Source of the DNA: Takakia lepidozioides
Lineage: Eukaryota; Plantae; Bryophyta
Assembly (NCBI GenBank): GCA_030704615.1
Contig: CM060733.1
Location: 35,526,001-35,590,000, forward strand
Reading direction: 5' to 3'
Length of the DNA: 64,000 nt
Shown here: positions 1 to 9,928 of the stretch, in pieces
How positions within the stretch are numbered: position 1 is the stretch's first letter
Layout: each line of letters opens with the position of its first letter
Program-made: the position numbers and the translations under genes
The notes under the pieces: model-generated
Databases searched by the model: none
Told to the model about the DNA's origin: nothing
Seen by the model: the letters and a program-made list of their open reading frames with translations, nothing else

Positions 1-2249
1 CGATATTGTGAAGGAGTGGCATCTGAAACATTTGCGTGATTGCCCTTGGTATGTGGACCTTCCGCCCGGCTCGCTCGACCCATCCGAGTTTCAATTGAAG
101 CTGGATGCTGAATTCCGACGAAACCGGGCTCCGCTGCCTCCGTTGGGTGCAAAAGAGGCAAAAGCGCTTGCGAACTCCAGGAAAGCGGCAGAGCTTGCTC
201 AGACAGGAATTCAGGAGAAATTGCATGAGAAGAGTAAAGGTCAAAGGAAAAGGACAAGGAAACAGGTGACTGCAGTAACACCCAAAAAGAAGAAAACCAT
301 CGGGGCATGGAGGAGGCGCAGGAGGGGACCCAAGAGAGTGACTCCGACGCCGATTTTGTTCAAGGTCCTGCGACTGCTGTTGCTCCTACCCAGTCACCGG
401 TCGTCCGGGTTCCCAAGTCAGTTCGGAGTGGGACTGGCTCTGCCAAGAAGTTGGCATTTGAGGGCGAGCCTACACGGCGGTATTCGGCGGTGACGTTTAC
501 GCACAGGCCAAAGCTAGAACCTCCAACCATCATCCAATGCGTCAATGAGAGCTTCCTTGACGCTCTCGCTGCCAGGGCGAAGAAGGTGGCACACAACAAG
601 TCTCTGGCGGAGCAGAAGGGGAAAGCCAAGAAGAGGGCTGCCGGTACAGAGCCTAAAGACACCCCTGGTTTTGAAGCCATGATGGAATTCTTCACGGCTG
701 TGAGCACGAATTGCAAGAGCACTCGGGGGGGGTTGAGGTGGAGAGAGCTTGCGACATGATTCTCCTCGACATTCCAGATGGGGAGCTGCTGGAGGGCCTG
801 GATGGTGTGCCCACCTGGAACAGGTTTACTGAGGACTACTGGAAAGCCGGGTTTGGGCTGGCGGGGATGCTTCTGGATGACGGTGGATGTGTGGTTGTCC
901 TTGCCACGAGAGGGAAGACCACAGAGAATGCGGTGGCAAGGTGGACACCGAAAAGTGTCACCCCGGTCCTCCTCAGAAAATGGTTCTGCATCAGTACGCA
1001 GGGGTTGCGAACAGAGGGCCAAAGTGTAAGTTATCAATCTATTGCATTCACTTCATATTGTGGTGTATGTTAAGTAGACCCTGGAATTGATCCCTTCTTT
1101 GTTGGATGTGCAGACATTGGTGTTTGAGGCATATTGCTTTGTGAAGAGAGGGTCTACGTTCAAATTCCGCAACGACGGTCGTCTTGTTGATGCCGCTGTG
1201 GACCCTGTAACCTACGATGTCCTCTACAACTATGTGCCCCACTCTAGTATGCCGAAGGACACAAAGACAGGCAAACCGTGGCGGTACAGCCGGACCCGAA
1301 GCCCTGCTTTCATCCAAACCCTCATGGAGACGTGCTCGGATGTCCAAGGGCGGATTCTGGACCTCACATGCGGCACGGGTAAGCCTTCACGTCCTCAGTT
1401 TGTCCCCTGGCCCCATTGCAATTGCATGCCGCAAGCTATTAACCGCCCGCTTTGTTCCTCAGGTGCTTCAATGTGGGCAGGGACGTTGTCCGACAGGCAT
1501 GTGTTCGCCTTCGAGCCAGATACTGCCCTCCACAACTCGGAACTTGCAGCGGCTGAACGTCTGCCGAAAGAGGAAGAGGCATCCTCGGAGGATGAGGAAA
1601 AATCCGAGAAGGAGCAGGGGGAGGAAGTTGGGATCGAGGCCGAGGAGCCCCGGTTTACGAGTGAGTGGTGGCATTGTAAGTTGCCTCCAGATTTTGTGAG
1701 GCACCTCCCTCCGCTCTCTTATTTCATTGAAAACCCTTTCTGGTTGTGCTGGTATTGACATTCTTCAAGTGGATTTGTTCTTACTGTAGGATGCCAAGTA
1801 CTGCCGGAGGGACGTCTACACCGGAGTTCATGGGCAGGAGGAACGTGCCTTTTTTTGCCAGGGGAGATTTCATGCCTAGTCCAGAAAGGGAGTACATCCT
1901 GCCTACTTATGCTGCCCGGCTTGCTTCGGTGTCCATTAGGAGGTGTTCCGAACGTAGTCGTGTACAGCAGATTTTAGACGAGGCAAGCCTCAAGAAAATG
2001 AAGATGAGGGAGGAGGCAGCAGCTATTAGAGCCCGTCGGGCTCGTAGATTTGTGTTGGATTCTGCTGAGGAAAGTGGGGGAGAAGACGCAGAAGATTCCC
2101 AGGAGGTGAGGTGGACAGTCCCCCAAGGAGAGGACGGGATTTTTGAGAGGCATAGTGGAACTGATGCATCACAGAGCTCGGAGGATGAGGGGGATGAGGG
2201 GGATGAGGAAGAAGGTGGGGCAAGTTCCTCGGAGGGTGTAGGAGAGTAG
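1..2249 (+). CDS. 3' part of an intron-containing gene whose C-terminal region resembles a beta-class DNA amino-methyltransferase (N6_N4_Mtase fold); copy 1, 5' end outside the window
   Basis: Motif IV-like CDMILLDIPDG (~751-783). GT-AG introns at 1026-1113, 1379-1462 and ~1661-1789. Splicing gives PWRYSRTRSPAFIQTLMETCSDVQGRILDLTCGTGASMWAGTLSDRHVFAFEPD, matching the motif X / motif I (SAM-binding) / motif II order of beta-class MTases. Acidic tail to TAG at 2247-2249. Two 1-bp frameshifts (~309, ~730) are absent from the inverted copy. Confidence 0.7.
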
Positions 2250-2414
2250 TGCCCATTCCGGCTATGACAGTTAGAACACACTTGTATAGACGTGGCTTGC
2301 CACAAAATTTGCAATAAAATGTTGCATTTTAAGTCCACTGGTGCCACATTCCAACTTCACATGACCCTATTTCCGTGCCTCCTAACCCTATTTCCGTGGA
2401 CTCACAATGGTCTG

Positions 2415-2500
2415 CTCATGCTTTTTTTTTTTCCGCTCATGCTCATGCCGCTCATGCTCATGCCGCTCATGCTCATGCCGCTCATGAAATAGCAGCCCCC
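2415..2500 (+). repeat. Subterminal CCGCTCATGCTCATG repeats and terminus A
   Basis: Three 15-bp units plus a partial unit immediately inside the terminus. The copy at 26675-26731 has two fewer units. Confidence 0.8.
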
Positions 2501-4864
2501 TTAGAAAGGGGGGCACAAACAGTGTGAGTTGACGCACACTGTTTGGTGCTTCCAACTATGGGGTTTATTGACATGGCATTCTGGCTTGTGTAGCCCATTT
2601 GGACATCCTAAAACAAGCTGAGAGAGGGGCACAAACAATATGCGTTGACGCACACTATTTAATGCTTCCAACTACGGGTATTTTGAACTTGGCACACTGG
2701 CCTCGTGTGGCCCATTTAGACATGAAAAATAGCTAGAAAGGGGGGCACAAACAGTGTGCGTTGACGCACACTGTTTGGTGCTTCTAACTATGGGGTTTTT
2801 TGACATGGCATACTGGCCTTGTGTGGCCCATTTAGACATCAAAAATAGGCTGAGATGGGGGCACAAACAATGTACGTTGACGCACACTGTTTGGTGCTTC
2901 CAACTATGGGGTTTTTTGACATGGCATTCTGGCCCTGTGTGACCCATTTTGAAAACCAAAAACAGGCTAAGAGAGGGGCCGAAATAGTGTGCGTTGACGC
3001 ACACTGTTTGGTGCTTCCAACTATAGGGTTTTTTGACATGGCATACTGGCCTTGTGTGGCTTATTTAGGCATCAATAAACAAGCATAAAGGGGAGCAAAA
3101 AGAGTGTGCTTTGAAGCACACTGTTTGGTGCTCCCAATTAGGGGTTTTTTGAAATGGCATTCTGGCCCTGTGTGGCCCATTTTGAAATCCAAAAACAGGC
3201 TGAGAGAGGGGCACAAACAGTATGCGTTGACGCACACTGTTTGGTGCTTCCAACTATGGGGTTTTTTCACATGGCATACTGGCCCCGTGTGGCTCATTTA
3301 GACATCAATAAACAAGCATGAAGGGGAGCAAAAAGAGTGTGCTTTGAAGCACACTGTTTGGTGCTCCCAATTAGGGGTTTTTTGACATGGCATTCTGGCC
3401 CTGTGTGGCCGATTTTGAAAACCAAAAATAGGCTAAGAGAGGGGAAGAAATAGTGTGCGTTGAGGTACACTGTTTGGTGCTTCCAATTAGGAGTTTTTTG
3501 ACATGGCATTCTGGCCCTGTATGGCCCATTTTGAAATCCAAAAACAGACTGAGAGAGGGGCACTTACAGTATGCATTGACGCACACTGTTTTGTGCTTCC
3601 AACTATGGGTTTTTTTGACATGCCATACTGGCCCTGTGTGGCACATTTAGACATCAATAAACAAGCGTGAAGGGGAGAAAAAACAGTGTGCTTTGAAGCA
3701 CACCGTTTGATGCTCCCAATTAGGGGTTTTTTGACATGGCATTTTGGCCCTGTGTGGCCCATTTTGAAAACCAAAAACTGGCTGAGAGAGGGGCAGAAAC
3801 AGTGTGCATTGACGCACACTGTTTGGAGCATCCAACTATGGGGTTTTTTGACATGGCATACTGGCCCTGTGTGGCTCATTTAGACATCAATAAACAAGCA
3901 TGAAGGGGAGCAAAAACAGTGTGCTTTGAAGCACAATGTTTGGTGCTCCCAATTAGGGGTTTTTTGACATGGCATTTTGGCCATGTGTGGCCTATTTTGC
4001 AAACCAAAAATAGGCTTAAAGAGGGGCACAAACAGTGTGCATTGACGCACATTGTTTGGTGCTTCCAATTATGGGGTTTTTTGACATGGCATACTAGCCC
4101 TGTGTGACTCATCTAGACATCAATAAACAAGCATAAAGGGGAGCAAAAACCGTCTGCTTTGAAGCACATTGTTTGGTACTCCCAATTAGGGATTTTTTGA
4201 CATGGCATTTTGGCCCCGTGTGGCCCATTTTGAAATCAAGAAATAGGCTGAGAGATGGGCACAAACAGTGTGCGTTGACGCACAGTGTTTGGTGCTTCCA
4301 ACTACGGGTGTTTTGAACTTGGCACACTGGCCCTGTGTGGCCCATTTAGACATTAAAAAATAACTAGAAAGGGGGGCACGAACAATGTGCATTGACGCAC
4401 ACTGTTTGGTGCTTCCAACTGTGGGGTTTTTTTACATGGCTTTCATGCCTTGTGTGGCCCATTTGGACATCCTAAAACAGGCTGAGAGAGGGTCACAAAC
4501 AGTGTGCGTTGACGCACACTGTTTGGTGCTTCCAACTATGGGGTTTTTTTACATGACATACTAGCCCTATGTGGCCCATTTAGACATCTAAACAAGCATA
4601 ATGGGGAGCACAAAGAGTGTGCTTTGAAGCACACTGTTTGGTGCTTCCCATTTGGGGTTTTTTGACATGGCATACTGGCCCTGTGTGGCCCATTTGGACA
4701 TAAAAAAACAGGCTAAGAGAGGGGCACAATTTGTGCGCATTGCCGCTCACTCTTTGGTGCTTCCAACTACGAGTGTTTTGAACCTGCTACACTGGCCCTG
4801 TGTGGCACATTTAGACATCAAACATCGTCCATTTTTAAATCAAAAAACAGGCTGAGAGGGGGTG
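2501..4864. repeat. Tandem satellite, ~116-117 bp monomer, ~20 units, two subtypes often alternating (~233-bp higher order)
   Basis: Recurring CAAACAGTGTGCGTTGACGCACACTGTTTGGTGCTTCCAACTATGGGGTTTTTTGACATGGCA.. unit. Spurious ORFs recur at 233-bp spacing (3647/3880; 3453/3686/3919). Confidence 0.95.
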
Positions 4865-6370
4865 TGTAGTGTGAATGCAGGGGAGTGACATTACATTTTG
4901 TCTTACCGCTAAGACCCTGCATCACTACAACGGGAGTGCCCGTTGTACAACTGCAGGAGGGATATATCCCTGCATACAGGTAATTTCATAGGCATACTGT
5001 GCTTATGCTTTGCCAGGATAAAAATGGCTAAGTCATGACCATGCATATTTTCATCCGTAGGATGAACGTTTTCATCCCAGGCGTGTAACCTAGAAACGCG
5101 GGTTGAGGAAAACGAAGAGGAAGATGACGGGCAACTCTTAGCAGCTGCTGCGAGCAGTGGGGTTGGCAGGGCCGTCTGTTTTTGGGAGGTTGTACCTATG
5201 CTATGGGACTCTGCTTGGTTTAGAGAGCAGCATTAGGTGCTTCTGCTTGGTATTCTGTGTAAAGGGAAGCGGTGCCGCTTCTCTCATAGTGATGATCAAT
5301 TCCTGGAGTAGGAGCATGTAAGAAGAGCAGCGCACCACCGCTGTCGCCATTGCCTTGAAGAAAACAATTATGGGCAGATGAGCAAGCAAGGAAAACGGCC
5401 AGCTGCCGGAAGCACAAGGAAGTGAGTTGTGGGCACAATCAATGGAGGGGATGAGGCATGTGAAGTGCTGGCTGGATGGCAACTCAGGTTATCTGTAATC
5501 AAAGCTTATAGCTGCTTTTGTGTCTTCTTACTATAGGACCATGTCAATTCTTAGGGAAGAATTGCACGCATAGAAGGATAGAGTATTTAGTTGGCAAGCC
5601 ACAGGATGTTCCATAGGACGAAGAGGAGCCATCATGGCATGATAAATACTGGAATCAAGACAAGGAGAATAGGTTGAAGTGGCTGCTGACAGGCGATGGT
5701 GAGGTGCCATCTTGGCAGGCAGATCCACCGCTTCGCTGGAGGATAAAACAGATAAGTTCGTAGACTGTGGGCTTCGGTTTTTGGGAGTGGTGACTTAGAA
5801 ATCGTTTTGGTGTGGATTTAGGACTGGCTCTTGGTAGAGGAGAAGGAGGTAGAGATATGTGATGGAGGAAAAAGGTTTTGGAAATGGAATGGAGACTCTG
5901 GACTTCAAACCGGGATAGGGAAAGGATGGATGCACATGATGTTATAGTGTTAGTAGGAGAAATGAGTGGGGGGAGAGACTGCTTGTCACTGAATCAAAAT
6001 GGTCACTGTTTGTCTTCATTCTTGTTCTTTGTTTCAGTGTTATGAACCTGCACACAATGCTGCCGTGGGTATTGATACACTGGAACCAATGTAGACCTAG
6101 CTTGGCTGATTGAAAACACCAGTGAGGGTTAGATAGAACTGTTGAAAACAGAGAAAGGATAATGTGGATGGGGAAGCAACACCGACACTGATTTGGTTTT
6201 TTTTTTGGAACTAATTTCCAGCATGGTCTCAGGGTATGAACAACTGAGGTTCACAGTTGAAGGGAAAAGAGGGTTGTTGGGGTATTTGGTTGAAACCTGT
6301 AGAAAGGCTGAGAGCTGTTTGGGCAATGGCTTCTTTTGGAAAAAGGTAGTGTGAAGGGTTGGTCATTGGC

Positions 6371-6405
<35 letters not shown>

Positions 6406-7099
6406 ATGAATGGGATGGTTATGCCTTGTGTGACCGAGGATGATTTCAAGGCTGGGTGCACTGGATGCCTGGCTGAGTTGTGCATTGCATTGCATGGTAG
6501 ATATGCTGCTGTTGAAGAAGTGAGGAACCTGTAGACCTCAGATTAGAGAGAGAGAGAAAAGGATTTGGGAAGGGAGAGAGCTGCTTAGTATAAGGGGTTG
6601 ATGGGGGATGGCCAATTTGGGGAGATGAGATGAAGAAAACATGAACCCTGAAAGAGACCAGTGGCCCTGCAGTTCATGGCAGATCTGAGCTGCCTCCCTC
6701 TAAATCTGTGTCACCATTACAAAGGGGGCTTCCGACGTGTCACCGCTCAAGGGAGCTTCACATTAAGGGTCGTGTTCAGCGCTGTCATCGGGCTGGTTGC
6801 ATCACATAAAAGATCATGGCAGCACTGTTGGCGCTGTGATCATAGGGCAAGGCTGATGTATAAAAGTAGAACCAAGAGCAAGAACAATTCAAAACTCCCC
6901 ATCCATGTCTTCTCTTCCGCTGCGGCGTGGATGAGGATTGCATGAACTCTGATCACGAACGAACTAAGGGAAACCCACAGCCATGTGAAGATGGTTGGAT
7001 CACTAGAACGTTCCTTCCTTTTGCTTTGACTTCAACTAGGGAGGAGTACAGATTAGAATCACCCAGAAGGGGATTCACGCCCCTTCTTTTCACACTACA
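4865..7099. mobile_element. 2235-bp non-coding insertion with TG..CA termini: solo LTR or non-autonomous TGT-terminated element
   Basis: Begins TGTAGTGTGAA and ends TTCACACTACA (11-bp perfect IR, ~25-bp imperfect). 4-bp direct repeat GGTG at 4861-4864 and 7100-7103. The satellite monomer resumes in register on the other side. Confidence 0.8.
6373..6402. repeat. (GA)15 microsatellite
   Basis: Directly visible. Confidence 0.95.
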
Positions 7100-7512
7100 G
7101 GTGCACAAACAGTGTGCGTTGACGCACCTTGTTTGGTTCTTCCAACTTCGGGTGTTTTCAACTTGGCACACTGGCCTTGTGTGGCCCATTTAGACATCAA
7201 AAAACAACTGGAAAAGGGGGGCACAAAGAGTGTGCACTTACGCACATTGTTTGGTGCTTCCAACAACGGGTGTCTTGAACTTGGCACACTGGCCTTGTGT
7301 GGCACATTTAGACATCAAAAAACAATTAGAAAGGGCGCACAAAAAGTGTGCGTTGACGTACACTGTTTGTTGCTTTCAATTAGGGGTATTTTGAACATGG
7401 CATACTTGCCCTGTGTGGCCCATTTTGAAATCACAAGACGCACAGAGGGGGGCACAAACAGTATGCGTTGCCGCATACTGTTTTGTGCTTTCAACTGCGG
7501 GTGTTTTGAACA
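7100..7512. repeat. Continuation of the ~116-bp satellite (~3.5 more diverged units)
   Basis: Same monomer as 2501-4864; cut mid-monomer at ..GTGTTTTGAACA. Confidence 0.9.
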
Positions 7513-8698
7513 GAGGTTTACTATTTCATGAGCAGAAACCATGTGCCATGAGCCATGAGCCGCATGAGCGGTGAGCCGAAGTCTAAGACACGCGGATTTC
7601 ATGAGCGGACTCCTCCAAATTTGGAAATGCGGCAGATTAAACAAGTATTAAAATAATAGTTTTTTAGGGCACCTTGCCGTTTTTGGAAGTTCCACATCCT
7701 GTAATGCGGCGAAGATATGTCGTCAGTAACAAGATCGCTCATGGTTTTTTAGATCCGCGGTTTTACATGCCTTAACATTGGAATGAAGTTGACCCTTCTG
7801 CCGCGATTGAACCAATAGAGTCTGCAGTACTTCACAATTCTGTCATTTTCGGGTATTCGGCGGGAAAGATTTGCGACTCAACTGGGAAATGCGGTGCCGC
7901 ATTAGGGCTTGCACGTGCGAAATTTCTGGGGAGTTTGGTGTTGGCGACGGTCGGCTCCCTAAAGGCTGGGTGCGACTATCTTGCTATGACGAAGGTCGTA
8001 TCTACCAGTATCTACGACGTTACTTGGAAATGCGGCGCCGCATTTCCTTGCCGGGGGTCGAATGAGGAAAGCAAAGTTTGGGAGAGCAAAAAAATAGGAA
8101 CCCTCCAACAAACAAAAATACAAGCACGTAGAAACAGAAGTGAATGACATAGTATTATCTTAGTTCGAGCAAAACAGGTTATTGGTAGGCAAGACATAAG
8201 TCGGACCTTTCTGTGGCCAGAGTCAGAGCTACTTGCAGCAGTACAGTTCTACTACAACTGAAACTCCGAAAAGGATGGGCATACCATGGTTGGGGACCGC
8301 AAGCCAAGCTCATTGGTCCCCTGGATCCATATTCAGAAGAGTGTGCAGCTCTTGGGGGCTCAACCCTGGTGCATGTATGAAGTGATGAGTTGTGGAATTA
8401 CGCCGGAGTCTCTTTAGGTACACGTAGTACAGATGCTTGCAAGGGCTGTATGATGCCCCCTTGTTCGCCATGATCTGGAAGTCGGTGCAATTGCAGGTGG
8501 GTAATTCTGAAATGGTGATGGTGTACACCTCATTGCGAACAGCTGAGCCTGCCGTGGCCATCTGATACACACGCCCAAAGCCTGGTGGGGGCACTTCTGT
8601 CGAGGTGGAAACTCGAAGATGACATTGCCATCGACTTCGGGAGGCAGATACGTTACCTTCCTGACTGGAAATTTGGCATAGTCGAGAGCAGCCAGCCG
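7513..8698. mobile_element. Putative opposite arm (end B) of the same unclassified element family, truncated
   Basis: Starts GAGGTTTACTATTTCATGAGC, versus end A read inward GGGGGCTGCTATTTCATGAGC. Clustered CATGAGC subterminal motifs (7527-7606). Contains a GGCGCC-centred palindrome like the one in the MTase-gene intron repeats. Confidence 0.55.
8310..8698 (-). pseudogene. SWIM zinc-finger ORF fragment (possible transposase C-terminus)
   Basis: YTITISELPTCNCTDF..SPCKHLYYV fits the SWIM consensus CxCxnCxH. Its 5' part is replaced by gypsy RT sequence at 8699. No DDE core is visible. Confidence 0.65.
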
Positions 8699-9928
8699 GT
8701 ATTGGACACTGTGGCAGACCATGAGATGTACTCATTCATGGATGGCTTCAATGGTTATAATCCAGTGCAAGTGGCAGAAGAAGACCAGGGAAAGACAGCT
8801 TTCATCACAGACTGGGGTGCTTATGCATACAAAGTTATGCCCTTTGGACTTTGTAATGCACCAACAACCTTTCAGAGAGTGATAAGTGAATCTTTTCAGG
8901 AGTATCTGGATGATTTCATACAGATGTTCTTGGATGATTTCAGTGTGTACAGCTCTAAGAATGAGCACTTGCATAAATTGGAGTTATGTTTGGCCAGATG
9001 CAGGATGAGAGGTTTGGGCCTGAATCCAGAAAAGTGTACTTTCTGTGTGAACTCCGGGGTGCTTTTGGGACACATTGTGTGTAAGAGGGGACTTCTTGTG
9101 GATCCCAGAAAGACAGAGGCCATTAAAGCCTCTCCACCACCAGTAAATGTTAAGAGTTGAAGGAGATTCCTTGGACAAACCAGTTATTACAGAAGATTTG
9201 TCAGAAGGTATGCATAGATAGCAGCACCATTGAGCAAGCTTCTGAAGAAAGATGCAGTGTTTGCATGGACAGCTGAATGTCAACAGGCGTTTGAGGAACT
9301 TACATTGTCAGTAACAACTACACCGGTGCTGATTAACCCTCACTGGCATGTAGTATTTCATGTTCACTGTGATGCCTCAGGAGAAGCGTTGGGAGCAGTG
9401 TTAGCCCAAAATGTTACAGGAAATATAGATTCACCTGTGTACTATGCTAGCAGGTTGATGAACAGTGCTGAAAGGAACTAAAGCACAACTGAAAGAGAAG
9501 CACTGGCAATGATTTATGCAGTCAAGAAATTCAGGCATTACCTATTGGGAAGGAAGTTTATGTTTTATGTGGATCACCAAGCTCTGATATATCTGGTGAA
9601 CAAACCTTTGATAAGTGGAAGAATAGCAAGGTGGTTGATAATCTTGCACGAGTTTGAGTTCGAGGTTGTTTATAAGCCTGGACGTTTGCATCTTGTGGCA
9701 GATCACTTGTCACGCCTATCAACAGGAGAGCCAGCCATAGGAGTAGACGACCAATTACCTGATGCGAGTTTATTTGCAGTGGAGGTGCAGGGAAGTGCAG
9801 AAGACTGGTTAGATTGGCAGTGGCCAATCAGATACTACCTTACTCATGGTCAATGCCCACCTAGTTATGGGAAGGAGCAGAGGAAGAGAATTGCTATCAA
9901 GGCTTTACCTTATACTATGGTAGGGGGC
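8699..9928 (+). mobile_element. Older Ty3/gypsy copy, part 1 (RT-RNase H; 5'-truncated, nonsense codons)
   Basis: DGFNGYN, MPFGLCNAP, FLDDF, CDAS, DHQAL motifs. Collinear with the inner element's pol. Stops at 9158, 9207 and 9479. Interrupted at YTMVG by the nested insertion. Confidence 0.92.

Larger units (their letters stand above)
1..2500 (+). mobile_element. Right arm (end A) of an unclassified putative TIR DNA element, copy 1
   Basis: Near-identical inverted copy at 26675-29144. Homology stops sharply at ...CTCATGAAATAGCAGCCCCC (2500), with different flanks in the two copies (satellite versus gypsy ORF). Confidence 0.7.

Noticed and set aside
360-1037. 225-aa antisense ORF (and its mirror at 28107-28784)
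   Set aside because: Shadow of the GC-rich sense exon; no motifs, and the frame differs between the copies.
2672-4855. Many short ORFs in the satellite
   Set aside because: They recur with the repeat period on both strands and are by-products of the array.
2501-7512. CRISPR array (regularly spaced ~30-bp palindromes)
   Set aside because: The intervening sequences are homologous to each other rather than unique spacers; no cas genes; eukaryotic context.
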